64,000 nucleotides of DNA from Thalia democratica. Taxonomy: Eukaryota. A program made the translations under genes and the position numbers. The notes beneath the pieces were generated by a model. It saw nothing but the letters and a program-made list of their open reading frames with translations. It was not told where the DNA came from and ran no database searches. This document shows positions 1-13,770 of the stretch, piece by piece. Position 1 is the stretch's first letter; each line of letters begins with the position of its first letter. Where the stretch lies: assembly GCA_965202585.1 (NCBI GenBank), contig OZ241831.1, positions 33,604,001 to 33,668,000 of the forward strand, in the 5' to 3' direction.

Positions 1-714
1 AGAATACAGACTGTAAATGTTCAATCTAACCAATTAATAAAAGGGTTTCCAAAACTCCTTCAAAAGACCCCCTTTAAAGAAATGAAAAAAGCTATGACCT
101 TCTCCTGCAACAAAATTACTGGAAAAATTACCATTAAAAACACCTAAGAACTATATAATGTAATTTTCAATTTTAAAAGTATGGCCTTGTGACTCCCCTT
201 TTTATGGCTTGTGGCCCCTATATATCCTAAGTTTTTCCCTAATGTCCTGTATAAGTTTCAAAATTACAATTAGAACACTTGAAGTCTTTTTTTGCTCTTC
301 ATCATTTACTCAAGAATATCTAGTGTAAGTATCAAATTATGACTTCATGGCCATTGTGTATCCTTTACTGCTTATGCCTCCGTCCCTTTGGTCCCTTTGC
401 CGCTCATGACCTCATAAATTTCAGTTATGTTCAATTTTTAGAAACCCTGAGTTAAAAATTATCACCAAAACCAAAATCACTAAATAGTAAAAGTAAACAC
501 TAGATAAAAAAATTGTAAACAAGACAATTATGTTCAGAGTAAACTAAAATTTTATATTTGTAAGTTTATTCTATTTATAAAAAGTTGCAAACAAACATAT
601 GATTTAGTTTTTGTTAAATTGCGATTTTTATGACAAACGTGTTTCATATAAATTCCATTTGTAAAAAGGAATGGTTTTATTTTTTAAAGAAAAGTTAAGA
701 ATATGTATACAAAG

Positions 715-2475
715 TTAATACATGGGCGACTTGATACAACTGCACCAGAACTGGAGGTCTTCTTCCTTACCAACCATTCTTGACCTTCGACCCTCGATCA
801 TTCTTGGCCATTTTTAATCATCGACTTCCGACCATTCTTGTTTCTCCACATCGAACTCAGCATACTTGTAAAGGTGGTGACTTGAGAAAGCTACAATCTT
901 GTTCCCAATTGACAAACATTTCACACTACTCCAGAACCAGCCAGAACGGGGCATTCTTTTTTGAATGCGTGCGAAGACGTTACTAAAATAATCAAACACT
1001 TCACTACTACTCCTGTTGCTAAATACGTACAGCTTGCTTCCGATGCTCACTGAGTCATGACTGCATTTTTCTTCAAGCATTGGAGGCATTGGAGACCACG
1101 AATTGGAAAAGTGATCATAAACTTCAACTGTGTTTGTCAAATGTTTCTTGGTCTCTAATGCAACCACCAGTGACTACCAGTTTCCCGCAAAACACTGAGA
1201 ACGCAACATCTGACTTGTGTACTGACATCTCTGCTCTTTCCTCCCAGGTATTCAAATTGGGATCGTAGATTGTTAGTCTTCTGCCATTTGCATGGAATCC
1301 ACCTACTATATTAATCTTCCCAATGAAATTGCATATGCAAGCATGTTGGTTTAAGTATTTTTTACCTAACATTTTCTTTTCACTTATTTTTTTTGTCAAT
1401 GTTGAATAGGAAAATATGAAGTTAGAGCCCATAAAATAAATGACTTCGTCGATAAATACGCTTTTATAAATACTAGAGAGAAGTTCTAAAAAGCTTAGAA
1501 ATTTTTTACTTGCGTCGGATGACTTTATATTATCAAGTTTGTACAAACTAGTTCCTATATTAGAAATTATCTCAAAATTTTCCTGGTTGCAATACCGAGC
1601 TTGGTAACCAATAGAACTCGGGTCATATGTTTCTATTGATTTGTTATCAATTGCATTATTTATATACGTTTTACTGTCTGCGCAATTTGAAAACGAGCTG
1701 TTATCTGTTAACAAATTTTCTAAGCAAGCTTTTGACAACAATGGTAGACGAATTTGTTTTATCAGTTCTTTGGCAAATTTACCTCTTTGCTTGTGATTAT
1801 GCTTAATCCAGCTATCAACAGCAACTACAAGTTCCATTTCTGATGTTATTTCCAGTTCTGAAGTTGATAAAAGTTTTCTGAACGAGTCAAAACTTAAATC
1901 GAAGTGACTTTTGTTGGCTACTAAATAACAAAACCATCTTTCAATGCACTTAATTGCACATGTTTGAAAACGTGGTAGATTGAACAGTCTTGATACTTCA
2001 AAAAAGCATAAGGAATTCTGCACGTTAAATGATATTGCAACCATGCCTTTACCAACTTCTCAGATCTTCAGAGTTAAGCATTTTACCAACCTTAATAAAA
2101 CCTGTTCTTTCTAATTTCTGCAAGCTTTTCTTTTCTGTTAGTTAATTAAACGATAAAATTAAGCTCATGCTATACGCTAGAGGCAAAGTTATTAATGAAC
2201 AAAATATATAAACAAAATAAGAATTTGTGTTTTCAAAACCAACCTGTGTTATAAAACTTTAATAAGTTTTCTACAGTACTTCTGCTAGTTCTACTGGAGG
2301 CATTGTATTTGAAAGTTCTAACTATTTTATCTCCTACATCATTTCTCTTGCAAGAGTCAAGATGATTTAACAGCTTCTCACGTACATTATCGTTTACAGT
2401 TGAACTTCTGATTTTCTTCTTTTTAATTGGAAAGTTTTTTGAATCACTGTTACTTTGACGATTTCTTTCACCAAA
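715..2475 (-). pseudogene. G1: full-length BACK-Kelch (KLHL-like) pseudogene
   Basis: Colinear with G12. Exon 1 is 2475-2244, intron 2243-2135 (GT..AG), exon 2 2134-715. Lesions: ATG changed to TTT, a 2-nt deletion near 2060, an 8-nt deletion (ACTTGGCG) near 1147, and CAA>TAA at 814-816. Confidence 0.9.
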
Positions 2476-4767
2476 TTTTATGTAATAAATATAACTGCTA
2501 CAAAAACAGTTATAAGTTACAATTTTATATAAAAAAGATGGATAACTTTTTTAAGAAAGATTATTTTCTTAAATCAAGTTAAATAAATTCTTACAATTAT
2601 TGTTTTTTTCCAAGTAAAATAATTTTTAAGTATGAAATTTTAAACAGAATACTAAATAAATGACAAACCAGTTAAAAACTGGACTAAAAGAATATTTTTT
2701 TAGTAACACTATAGATGAAAATAATAATTCTTTTAGTTACATTAAAGACACCTTTACTTAAAGTTAGAAAGTAGTCTAACTTTGTGCCTTATTAAATAAT
2801 CTCCACAAATTTTATAGCTAACAATTGCAGAACTTTGTGGAGTTATGAATACAGAATTTTTAAAGGAGGCGTAGTTTGTTGTGAAAAAGTAATAAGCAAC
2901 AAGGAAGAAAGATCTGGTAAATAACAAGTTGATATTGAATCTTTTTAAAATTTTGCAAAATTTGCAATGAAAAAAATTTTTGAAAACCCCAGTTTAAACT
3001 TTCCACTTCTTTGTGAAAACCTCAAATTTTATCAAATAATATTAAAAAAAGCTTGTTAAAGTTAAAGAAAGTTTTATTGACGAACTTCTTAAATTGTATA
3101 ATAACGTTGAAAAAAAATTGTAAAGATACTTGAAGGTGTTTTAGGGAACACAAAATAAGTTCAATATATGTTGTTGCTTCCTGCTGCACACCAAACTCAA
3201 CTAGCTGCTTACATGAAACTGCCTATCACGCATTCGCCCCGTTGCATCAGTATTTAGTTTAAAACATTACATCAGATGATTCTTTTTGGCTCGTGCAATG
3301 AAGCGTATCTAACTCTAAATATTCTCAAAAACAATGACAATGCAAGGAATTTGCACTGTCATTACTATATATCAAAATCTTAAATACTTTGGTATATATG
3401 TCAAGTTCAAGGTTTTTGGAAGCGCTGAAGTGACCAAAAATTAGTTATATGTCTTCAGGTTGAATAATCAGCATAAAAATTTATGATAAACTGGTTTTGA
3501 GGTTTTCAAAATAACAAAAATCTAGTTTTGTAAAATAAAAAATAACAATTTGATAATATATTTTTAACAAAACTTAAAAAAGTTTTATTATGTTTATTAA
3601 AAAAAAGCTCAAGTTTTACAACAAAAAAAAATCACAATGGATTAAAAACTTATAAAAATGATATTGTAAAGCTAACTTACAAAACTAAAAAAAATATGGT
3701 GCTACAACTGTATACAAAAGCAAACATGTGTACAATTTTCATAGGATCGTTTGTTACTTTATTTATATTTTTTTGTTATATAAACCACTTCAAGTGGCTC
3801 TGAAGAATTGCGTCGATCTAGACGAAATACTGATAATTGAAAGTTAGTTTTCTACTACTTGCATTATGTATATGTAAGAAATACTGTATCAAACATTGTT
3901 TGTATTTATTTATTACGTCACTATATTTTAGAGTAAGATAATGAAATGAGAGATTATAGAGAGAAAGTAAACTTTTTTTCTTTTTTTAACCGGATGCACC
4001 TTAACAAAATAAAATCATATACCCACTAGTACTACATTATCTACCTACCATACATTTACTCAAAAAATTTGTTTAAAATGAAATTCCTGCATTTATTATT
4101 TATTTATCATTATTACAATAAAGAAAACATAATTAAAAATTACGCTTTAATACTAGCGATTTATTAAATGAATACGGTTAGAATTCGGATCTCGTTTAAA
4201 TTTAGGATTCTGTCGGATCCTAACAACTTAAGTTGTTTATAAAGTAAATATAATACAAGATACCACACTGTGGCGATTAAGCAATGCTAATTCTTTCATT
4301 AAAAAACATACATTCAACAACATACAATGCATTCAAGTAAACACATTTAACTCAAGAATATAAAAACAAAGGATAAAAACTAATATGTGCAATATTGTAT
4401 CTACAGGTAGAATTTAAAAAACGTATTTTATATAACTGTTCAAAAATATAGGCTTAATCGTTTATTAACAAAAGATCCTAGTGAAGTAACTTTACTGGAA
4501 CAGAAATATACAAATTGAACAGTAATCTTCCTTTATTGTACCAACATATGTTTCTGTGTGTTAACGAATCAACACACTTCAACTGGGTTCTTTAAAAAAT
4601 AATTACTGCAATGAAAGAATAGAAGCATAAAATAAAGTAGGTGTATACATGTTTTCATTAAAAAAAAATATTTTCTACAGACAATAGTTAATAATAGGTA
4701 AAATACTTAATATTCAATCCTACTGTTATAAAACTATATAATATTTGTGATTATTTAGTCTAAAATA

Positions 4768-5087
4768 AGTAAAGTAAACTGAAATACACAATAAAACAAC
4801 AAATCATAATATAAACAAACAACTCACTTAATGGGAAGAAAAACTGATTCAAATTTTACTGTTGTTAATGAATGAACGAAACAAATTCACCACATCTAAC
4901 AATCACGTCACAATGCAAATGAGGCCATCTCAACTATTCATTGTGACGTGATTGTTGGATGTGGTGACTGTGTTTATATCATTCATTAACAACAGTAAAA
5001 TGTGAATCAGTTTTTCTTTCTATTAACGTGAGTTGTTTGTTTATATTATGATTTGTTGTTTTATTGTGTAGTTCAGTTTACTTTACT
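4768..5087. repeat. Fold-back palindrome P1 (148-bp arms, 23-nt loop), MITE-like
   Basis: Left arm AGTAAAGTAAACTGAA...CACGTCACAATG (4768-4915) is the near reverse complement of 4939-5087. Loop CAAATGAGGCCATCTCAACTATT. Confidence 0.95.
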
Positions 5088-5340
5088 ATTGTATGTAGGT
5101 AGGTAAAAATTTAAAATGTTTGCTTAACAGTTTTACTGATTTTTCAACTTGTTTTATTGATTAAAAAAATTATTAAGTTCTACTTGCATAAAACTTAGTT
5201 TAATTTAACTATATCAAATGAACAATACTTTTGAAAAATGTTTTAAGTGCAAAATTGAGTTTAAAAACTTGCTTTTTCATGTTGCTTATGGTTACTTATG
5301 GACCAATAATTAGAATTTTTTTTTAAGTTTAAAAAGTCAT

Positions 5341-6643
5341 TTAAAAAAAAATAATTTGTATAAAATGAAATGATAAAATACTTTCTACCAAAAATAATAG
5401 AATTTTAAGATGTAGTATAAATTTGGAACCGTAGATTGTTAGTCTTCTGCAATTTGCATGGAATCCACCTACTATATTAATATTCCCCATGAAATTGCAT
5501 ATGCAAGCATGTTGGTTTAAGTACTTTTTACCTAACATTTTCTTTTCACTTATTTTTTTTGTCAATGTTGAATAGGAAAATATGAAGTTAGAGCCCATAA
5601 AATAAATGACTTCGTCAATAAACAAGCTTTTATAAATACTAGAATGAAGTTCTAAAAAGCTTGGAAATCTTTTACTTGCGTCGGAAGACTTTCTATTATC
5701 AAGTTTGTACAAATTAGTTCCTATATTAGAAATTATCTCAAAATTTTCCTGGTTGCAATACCGAGCTTGGTAACCAATAGAACACGGGTCATATGTATCT
5801 ACTGATTTGTTATCAAATGCATTATTTATATACGTTTTACTGTCTGCGCAATTTGAAAACGAGCTGTAATCTGTTAACAAATTTTCTAAGCAAGCTTTTG
5901 ACAACAATGGTAGACGAATTCGTTTAATCAGATCCTTGGCAAATTTACCTCTTTGCTTGTGATTATGCTTAATCCAGCTATCAACAGCAACTACAAGTTC
6001 CATTTCTGATGTTATTACCAGTTCTGAGCTTGATAAAAGTTTTCTGAACGAGTCAAAACTTAAATCGAAGTGATTTTTGTTGGCTACTAAATAACAAAAT
6101 CATCTTTCAGTGCACTTAATTGCACAAGTTTAAAAACGTGGTAGATTGAACAAACTTGATACTTCAAAAAAGCATAAGGAATTCTGCACGTTAAATGATA
6201 TTGCAACTATACCTTTACCAACTTTTTTCAAATCTTCAGAGTTAAGCACTTTACCAACCTTAATAAAACCTATTGTTTCTAATTTCTGCAAACTCTTCTT
6301 TTCTGTTAGTTAATTAAATGATGAAATTAAGTTCATGCTATACGCTAGAGGCAAAGTTATTAATGAACAAAATATTAAAACAAAATAAGAATTTGTGTAT
6401 TCATAACCAACCTTTGTTATAAAACTTTAATAAATTTTCTACAGTACTTCTGCTAGTTCTACTGGAGGCATTGTATTTGCAAGTTCTAACTATTTTATCT
6501 CCTTTATCATTTCTCTTGCAAGAGTCAAGATGATTTAACAGCTTCTCACGTACATTATCGTTTACAGTTGAACTTCTGGTTTTCTTCTTTTTAATTGGAA
6601 AGTTTTTTGAAGCACTGTTACTTTGACGTTTTCTTTCACCCAT
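5341..6643 (-). pseudogene. G2: 3'-truncated BACK-Kelch copy
   Basis: Exon 1 (6643-6412) is intact and the intron is present. Exon 2 has CAA>TAA after LPRF. Kelch homology stops at 5420 (TIYGSK|FILHL) and the frame reads on to 5341. Confidence 0.9.
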
Positions 6644-8945
6644 TTTTATGTAATAAATATAACTGCTGCAAAAACAGTTACAAGTTACAATTTTATATAA
6701 AAAAATATGGATAACTTTTTTAAGAAAGATTATTTTCTTAATCAAGTTAAATAAATTCTTAAAATTATTGTTTTTTCCAAGTAAAATAATTTTTAAATAT
6801 AAAATTTTAAACAGAATACTAAATAAATGACAAACCAGTTAAAAACTGGACTAAAAGAATATTTTTTTCGTAACACTATAGATGAAAATAATAATTCTTT
6901 TAGTTACATTAAAGACACCTTTACTTAAACTTAGAAAGTAGTCTAACTTTGTGCCTTATTAAATAATCTCCGCAAACTTTATAGCTAACAATTGCAGAAC
7001 TTTGTGGAGTTATGAATACAGAATTTTCAAAAGGAGGCGTAGTTTGTTGTGAAAAAGTAATAAGCAACAAGGAAGAAAGAACTGGTAAATAACAAGTTGA
7101 TATTGAATCTTTTTAAAATTTTGCAAAATTTGCAATGAAAAAAATTTTTGAAACCCCAGTTTAAACTTTCCACTTCTTTGTGAAAACCTCAAGTTTTATC
7201 AAATAATATTTAAAAAAAAGCTTGTTAAAGTTAAAGAAAGTTTTATTGAGGAACTTCATAAATTGTATAATAACGTTGAAAAAAAATTGTAAAGATACTT
7301 GAAGGTGTTTTAGGGAACACAAAATAAGTTCAATATATGTTGTTGCTTCCAGCTGCACACCAAACCTAACTAGCTGCTTACATGAAACTGCCTATCACGC
7401 ATTCGCCCCGTTGCATCAGTATTTAGTTTAAAACATTACATCAGATGATTCTCATTGGCTCGTGCAATGAAGCGTATCTAACTCTAAATATTCTCAAAAA
7501 CAATGACAATGCAAGGAATTTGCACTGTCATTACTATATATAAAAATCTTAAATACTTTAGCATTTTATGTCAAGTTCAAGGTTTTTGGAAGCGCTGAAG
7601 TGACCTAAAATTAGTTATATGTCTTCAGGTTGAATAATCAGCATAAAAATTTATGATAAACTGATTTTGAGGTTTTCAAAATAACAAAAATCTAGTTTTG
7701 TAAAATAAAAAATAAAAATTTGTTGATATATTTTTAACAAAACTTATAAAAACTTAAAAAAATTTTATTATGTTTATTAAAAAAAAAATTAAGTTTTCGA
7801 CAAAAAAAATTCACAATGGATTAAAAACTTGTAAAAATGATATTGTTAAGCTAACTTACAAAACTAAAAAAATATGGTGCTACAACTCTATACAAAAGCA
7901 AGCATGTGTACAATTTTCATAGGATCATTTTTTACTTTATTTATATTTTTTTTTATATAAACCACTTCAAGTGGCTCTGAAGAATTGCGTCGATCTAGAC
8001 GAAATACTGATAATTGAAAGTTAGTTTTCTACTACTTGCATGATGTATATGTAGGAAATACCGCATCAAACATTGTTAGTATTTATTTATTACGTCACTA
8101 TATTTTAGAGTAAGATAATGAAATGAGAGATTATAGAGAGAAAGTAAACTTTTTTTCTTTTTTTAACTGGATGCACCTTAACAAAATAAAATCATATACC
8201 CACTAGTACTACATTTTCTACCTACCATACATTTACTCAAAAAATTTGTTTAAAATGAAATTCCTGCATTTATTATTTATTTATCATTATTACAAAAAAG
8301 AAAACATAATTTAAAATTACGCTTTAATACTAGCGATTTATTAAATGAATACGGTTAGAATTCGGATCTCGTTTAAATTTAGGATTCTGTCGGATCCTAA
8401 CAATTTAATTTGTTTATAAAGTAAATATAATACAAGATACCACACTGTGGCGATTAAGCAATGCTAATTCTTTCATTAAAAAACATACATTCAACAACAT
8501 ACAATGCATTCAAGTAAACACATTTAAGTCAAGAATATAAAAACAAAGGACAAAAACTAATATGTGCAATATTGTATCTACAGGTAGAATTTAAAAACGT
8601 TTTGTATATAACTATTCAAAAATATAGGCTTAATTGTTTACTAACAAAAGATCCTAGTGAAGTAACTTTACTGGAACATAAATATAAACAAATTGAACAG
8701 TAATCTTCCTTTATTGTACCAACATATGTTTCTGTGTGTTAACGAATCAACACACTTCAACTGGGTTCTTTAAAAAATAATTACTGCAATGAAAGAATAG
8801 AAGCATAGAATAAAGTAGGTGTATACATGTTTTCATTAAAATAAATAATTTTCTACAGACAATAGTTAACAATAGGTAAAATACTTAATATTCAATCCTA
8901 CTGTTATAAAACTATATAATATTTGTGATTATTAAGTCTAAAATA

Positions 8946-9266
8946 AGTAAAGTAAACTGAAATACACAATAAAACAACAAATCATGATATAAACAAACAA
9001 CTCACGTTAATAGAAAAAAAAACTGATTCAAATTTTACTGTTGTTAATGAATGAACGAAACAAATTCACCACATCTAACAATCACGTCACAATGCAAATG
9101 AGGCCATCTCAACCATTCATTGTGACGTGATTGTTAGATGTGGTGACTGTGTTTCATTCATTCATTAACAACAGTAAAATTTGAATCAGTTTTTCTTTCT
9201 ATTAACGTGAGTTGTTTCTTTAAATTATGATTTGTTGTTTTATTGTGTAGTTCAGTTTACTTTACT
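8946..9266. repeat. Fold-back palindrome P2
   Basis: Same arms as P1, loop orientation A. Confidence 0.95.
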
Positions 9267-9519
9267 ATTGTATGTAGGTAGGTAAAAATTTAAAATGTTT
9301 GCTTAACTATTTTAATGATTTTTCAACTTGTTTTATTGATTTAAAAAATTATTAAGTTCTACTTGCATAAAACTTAGTTTAATTCAACTATATCAAATGA
9401 ACAATACTTTTGAAAAATGTTTTAAGTGCAAAATTGAGTTTAAAAACTTGCTTTTTCATGTTGCTTATGGTTACTTATGGACCAATAATTAGAATTTTTT
9501 TTTAAGTTTAAAAAGTCAT

Positions 9520-10822
9520 TTAAAAAAAAATTATTTGTATAAAATGAAATGATAAAATACTTTCTACCAAAAATAATAGAATTTTAAGATGTAGTATAAA
9601 TTTGGAACCGTAGATTGTTAGTCTTCTGCAATTTGCATGGAATCCACCTACTATATTAATATTCCCCATGAAATTGCATATGCAAGCATGTTGGTTTAAG
9701 TACTTTTTACCTAACATTTTCTTTTCACTTATTTTTTTTGTCAATGTTGAATAGGAAAATATGAAGTTAAAGCCCATAAAATAAATGACTTCGTCGATAA
9801 ACACGCTTTTAAAAGTACTAGAATGAAGTTCTAAAAAGCTTAGAAATCTTTTACTTGCGTCGGAAGACTTTCTATTATCAAGTTTGTACAAATTAGTTCC
9901 TATATTAGAAATTATCTCAAAATTTTCCTGGTTGCAATACCGAGCTTGGTAACCAATAGAACACGGGTCATATGTATCTACTGATTTGTTATCAAATGCA
10001 TTATTTATATACGTTTTACTGTCTGCGCAATTTGAAAACGAGCTGTAATCTGTTAACAAATTTTCTAAGCAAGCTTTTGACAACAATGGTAGACGAATTC
10101 GTTTAATCAGTTCTTTAGCAAATTTACCTCTTTGCTTTTGATTATGCTTAATCCATCTATCAACAGCAACTACAAGTTCTATTTCTGATGTTATTTCCAG
10201 TTCTGAGGTTGATAAAAGTTTTCTGAACGAGTCAAAACTTAAATCGAAGTGACTTTTATTGGCTACTAAATAACAAAACCATCTTTCAATGCACTTAATT
10301 GCACATGTTTGAAAACGTGGTAGATTGAACAGTCTTGATACTTAAAAAAAAGCATAAGGAATTTTGCACGTTAAATGATATTGCAACCATGCATTTACCA
10401 ACTTTTTTCAAATCTTCAGATGATAGCATTTTACCAACCTTAATAAAACCTATTGTTTCTAATTTCTGCAAACTCTTCTTTTCTGTTAGTTAATTAAACG
10501 ATAAAATTAAGCTCATGCTATACGCTAGAGGCAAAGTTATTAATGAACAAAACATATAAAAAAATAAGAATTTGTGTTTTCAAAACCAACCTTTGTTATA
10601 AAACTTTAATAAGTTCTCTACAGTACTTCTGCTAGTTCTACTGGAGGCATTGTATTTACAAGTTCTAACTATTTTATCTCCTACACCATTTCTCTTGCAA
10701 GAGTCAAGATGATTTAACAGCTTCTCTTGTACATTATCGTTTACAGTTGAACTTCTGATTTTCTTCTTTTCAATTGGAAAGTTTTTTGAATCACTGTTAC
10801 TTTGACGATTTCTTATACCCAA
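9520..10822 (-). pseudogene. G3: 3'-truncated BACK-Kelch copy
   Basis: Exon 1 ORF is 10580-10822. Exon 2 has GAA>TAA at LCFF* plus an extra base in the T-run, and the same truncation junction as G2. Confidence 0.9.
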
Positions 10823-13116
10823 TTTTATGTAATAAATATAACTGCTACAAAAACAGTTATAAGTTACAATTTTATATAAAAAAGATGGATAACTTTTTTA
10901 AGAAAGATTATTTTCTTAAATCAAGTTAAATAAATTCTTACAATTATTGTTTTTTTCCAAGTAAAATAATTTTTAACTATGAAATTTTAAACAGAATACT
11001 AAATAAATGACAAACCAGTTAAAAACTGGACTAAAAGAATATTTTTTTTAGTAACACTATAGATGAAAATAATAATTCTTTTAGTTACATTAAAGACACC
11101 TTTACTTAAAGTTAGAAAGTAGTCTAACTTTGTGCCTTATTAAATAATCTCCACAAATTTTATAGCTAACAATTGCAGAACTTTGTGGAGTTATGAATAC
11201 AGAATTTTCTAAAGGAGGCGTAGTTTGTTGTGAAAAAGTAATAAGCAATAAGGAAGAAAGAACTGGTAAATAACAAGTTGATATTGAATCTTTTTAAAAT
11301 TTTGCAAAATTTGCAATGAAAAAAATTTTTGGAAACCCTAGTTAAAACTTTCCACTTCTTTGTGAAAACCTCAAATTTTATCCAATAATATTAAAAAAAG
11401 CTTGTTAAAGTTAAAGAAAGTTTTATTGACGAACTTCTTAAATTGTATAATAACGTTGAAAAAAAATTGTAAAGATACTTGAAGGTGTTTTAGGGAACAC
11501 AAAATAAGTTTAATATATGTTGTTGCTTCCAGCTGCACACCAAACACAACTAGCTGCTTACATGATACTGCCTATCACGCATTCGCCCCGTTGCATCAGT
11601 ATTTAGTTTAAAACATTACATCAGATGATTCTCATTGGCTTGTGCAATGAAGCGTATCTAACTCTAAATATTCTCAAAAAAAATGACAATGCAAGGAATT
11701 TGCACTGTCATTACTATATATCAAAATCTTAAATACTTTAGCATTATATGTCAAGTTCAAGGTTTTTGGAAGCGCTGAAGTGACCAAAAATTAGTTATAT
11801 GTCTTCAGGTTGAATAATCAGCATAAAAATTTATGATAAACTGGTTTTGAGGTTTTCAAAATAACAAAAATCTAGTTTTGTAAAATAAAAAATAACAATT
11901 TGATAATATATTTTTAACAAAACTTAAAAAAGTTTTATTATGTTTATTAAAAAAAAGCTCAAGTTTTACAACAACAAAAAATCACAATGGATTAAAAACT
12001 TATAAAAATGATATTGTAAAGCTAACTTACAAAACTAAAAAAATATGGTGCTACAACTCTATACAAAAACAAGCATGTGTACAATTTTCATAGGATCACT
12101 TTTTACTATATTTATATTTTTTTTATATAAACCACTTCAAGTGGCTCTGAAGAATTGCGTCGATCTAGACGAAATACTGATAATTGAAAGTTAGTTTTCT
12201 ACTACTTGCATTAAGTATATGTAGGAAATACTGTATCAAACATTGTTTGTATTTATTTATTACGTCACTATATTTTAGAGTAAGATAATGAAATGAGAGA
12301 TTATAGAGAGAAAGTAAACTTTTTTTCTTTTTTTAACCGGATGCACCTTAACAAAATAAAATCATATACCCACTAGTACTACAATTTCTACCTACCATAC
12401 ATTTACTCAAAAAAATTGTTTAAAATGAAATTCCTGCATTTATTATTTATTTATCATTATTACAAAAAAGAAAACATAATTAAAAATTACGCTTTAATAC
12501 TAGCGATTTATTAAATGAATACGGTTAGAATTCGGGTCTCGTTTAAATTTAGGATTCTGTCGGATCCTAACAACTTAAGTTGTTTATAAAGTAAATATAA
12601 TACAAGATACCACACTGTGGCGATTAAGCAATGCTAATTCTTTCATTAAAAAACATACATTCAACAACATACAATGCATTCAAGTAAACACATTTAACTC
12701 AAGAATATAAAAACAAAGGATAAAAACTAATATGTGCAATATTGTATCTACAGGTAGAATTTAAAAAACGTATTGTATATAACTGTTCAAAAATATAGGC
12801 TTAATCGTTTACTAACAAATGATCCTAGTGAAGTAACTTTACTGGAACATAAATAAAAACAAATTGAACAGTAATCTTCCTTTATTGTACCAACATATGT
12901 TTCTGTGTGTTAACGAATCAACACACTTCAACTGGGTTCTGTAAAAAATAATTACTGCAATGAAAGAATAGAAGCATAGAATAAAGTAGGTGTATACATG
13001 TTTTCATTAAAATAAAATATTTTCTACAGACGATAGTTAATAATAGGTAAAATACTTAATATTCAATCCTACTGTTACAAAACTATAGAATATTTGTGAT
13101 TATTAAGTCTAAAATA

Positions 13117-13437
13117 AGTAAAGTAAACTGAAATACACAATAAAACAACAAATTTCAATATAAACAAACAACTCACGTTAATGGAAAGAAAAACTGATTC
13201 AAATTTTACTGTTGTTAATGAATGAACGAAACAAACTCACCACATCTAACAATCACGTCACAATGAATGGTTGAGATGGCCTCATTTGTAATGTGACGTG
13301 ATTGTTAGATGTGGTGAGTGTGTTTCATTCATTCATTAACAACAGTAAAATTTGAATCAGTTTTTCTTTCTATTAACATGAGTTGTTTGTTTATATTATG
13401 ATTTGTTGTTTTATTGTGTAGTTCAGTTTACTTTACT
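13117..13437. repeat. Fold-back palindrome P3 (loop inverted)
   Basis: Loop 13266-13288 reads AATGGTTGAGATGGCCTCATTTG, the reverse complement of the P2 loop. Confidence 0.95.
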
Positions 13438-13770
13438 ATTGTATATAGGTAGGTAAAAATTTAAAATGTTTGCTTAACTGTTTTACTGATTTTTCAACTT
13501 GTTTTATTGATTAAAAAAATTATTAAGTTCTACTTGCATAAAACTTAGTTTAATTCAACTATATCAAATGAACAATACTTTTGAAAAATGTTTTAAGTGC
13601 AAAATTGAGTTTAAAAACTTGCTTTTTCACGTTGCTTATGGTTACTTATGGACCAATAATTAGAATTTTTTTTTGAATTTTAAAAAGTCAACTTTTAAAA
13701 AATAATTTGTATAAAATGAAATGATAAAATACTTTCTTTCAAAAATAATAGATTTTTAAGATGTAGTATA

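Noticed and set aside
780-986. Plus-strand ORF MTFDPRSFLAIF... (also 60448-60654 and 44954-45160)
   Set aside because: Antisense shadow of the Kelch exon. It recurs only because the gene is duplicated.
5341-5420. Hydrophobic neo-C-terminus FILHLKILLFLVESILSFHFIQIIFF as a membrane anchor
   Set aside because: Every copy that reads into it has an upstream stop or lacks exon 1, and G6 frameshifts before it. T-rich DNA gives hydrophobic codons by chance.
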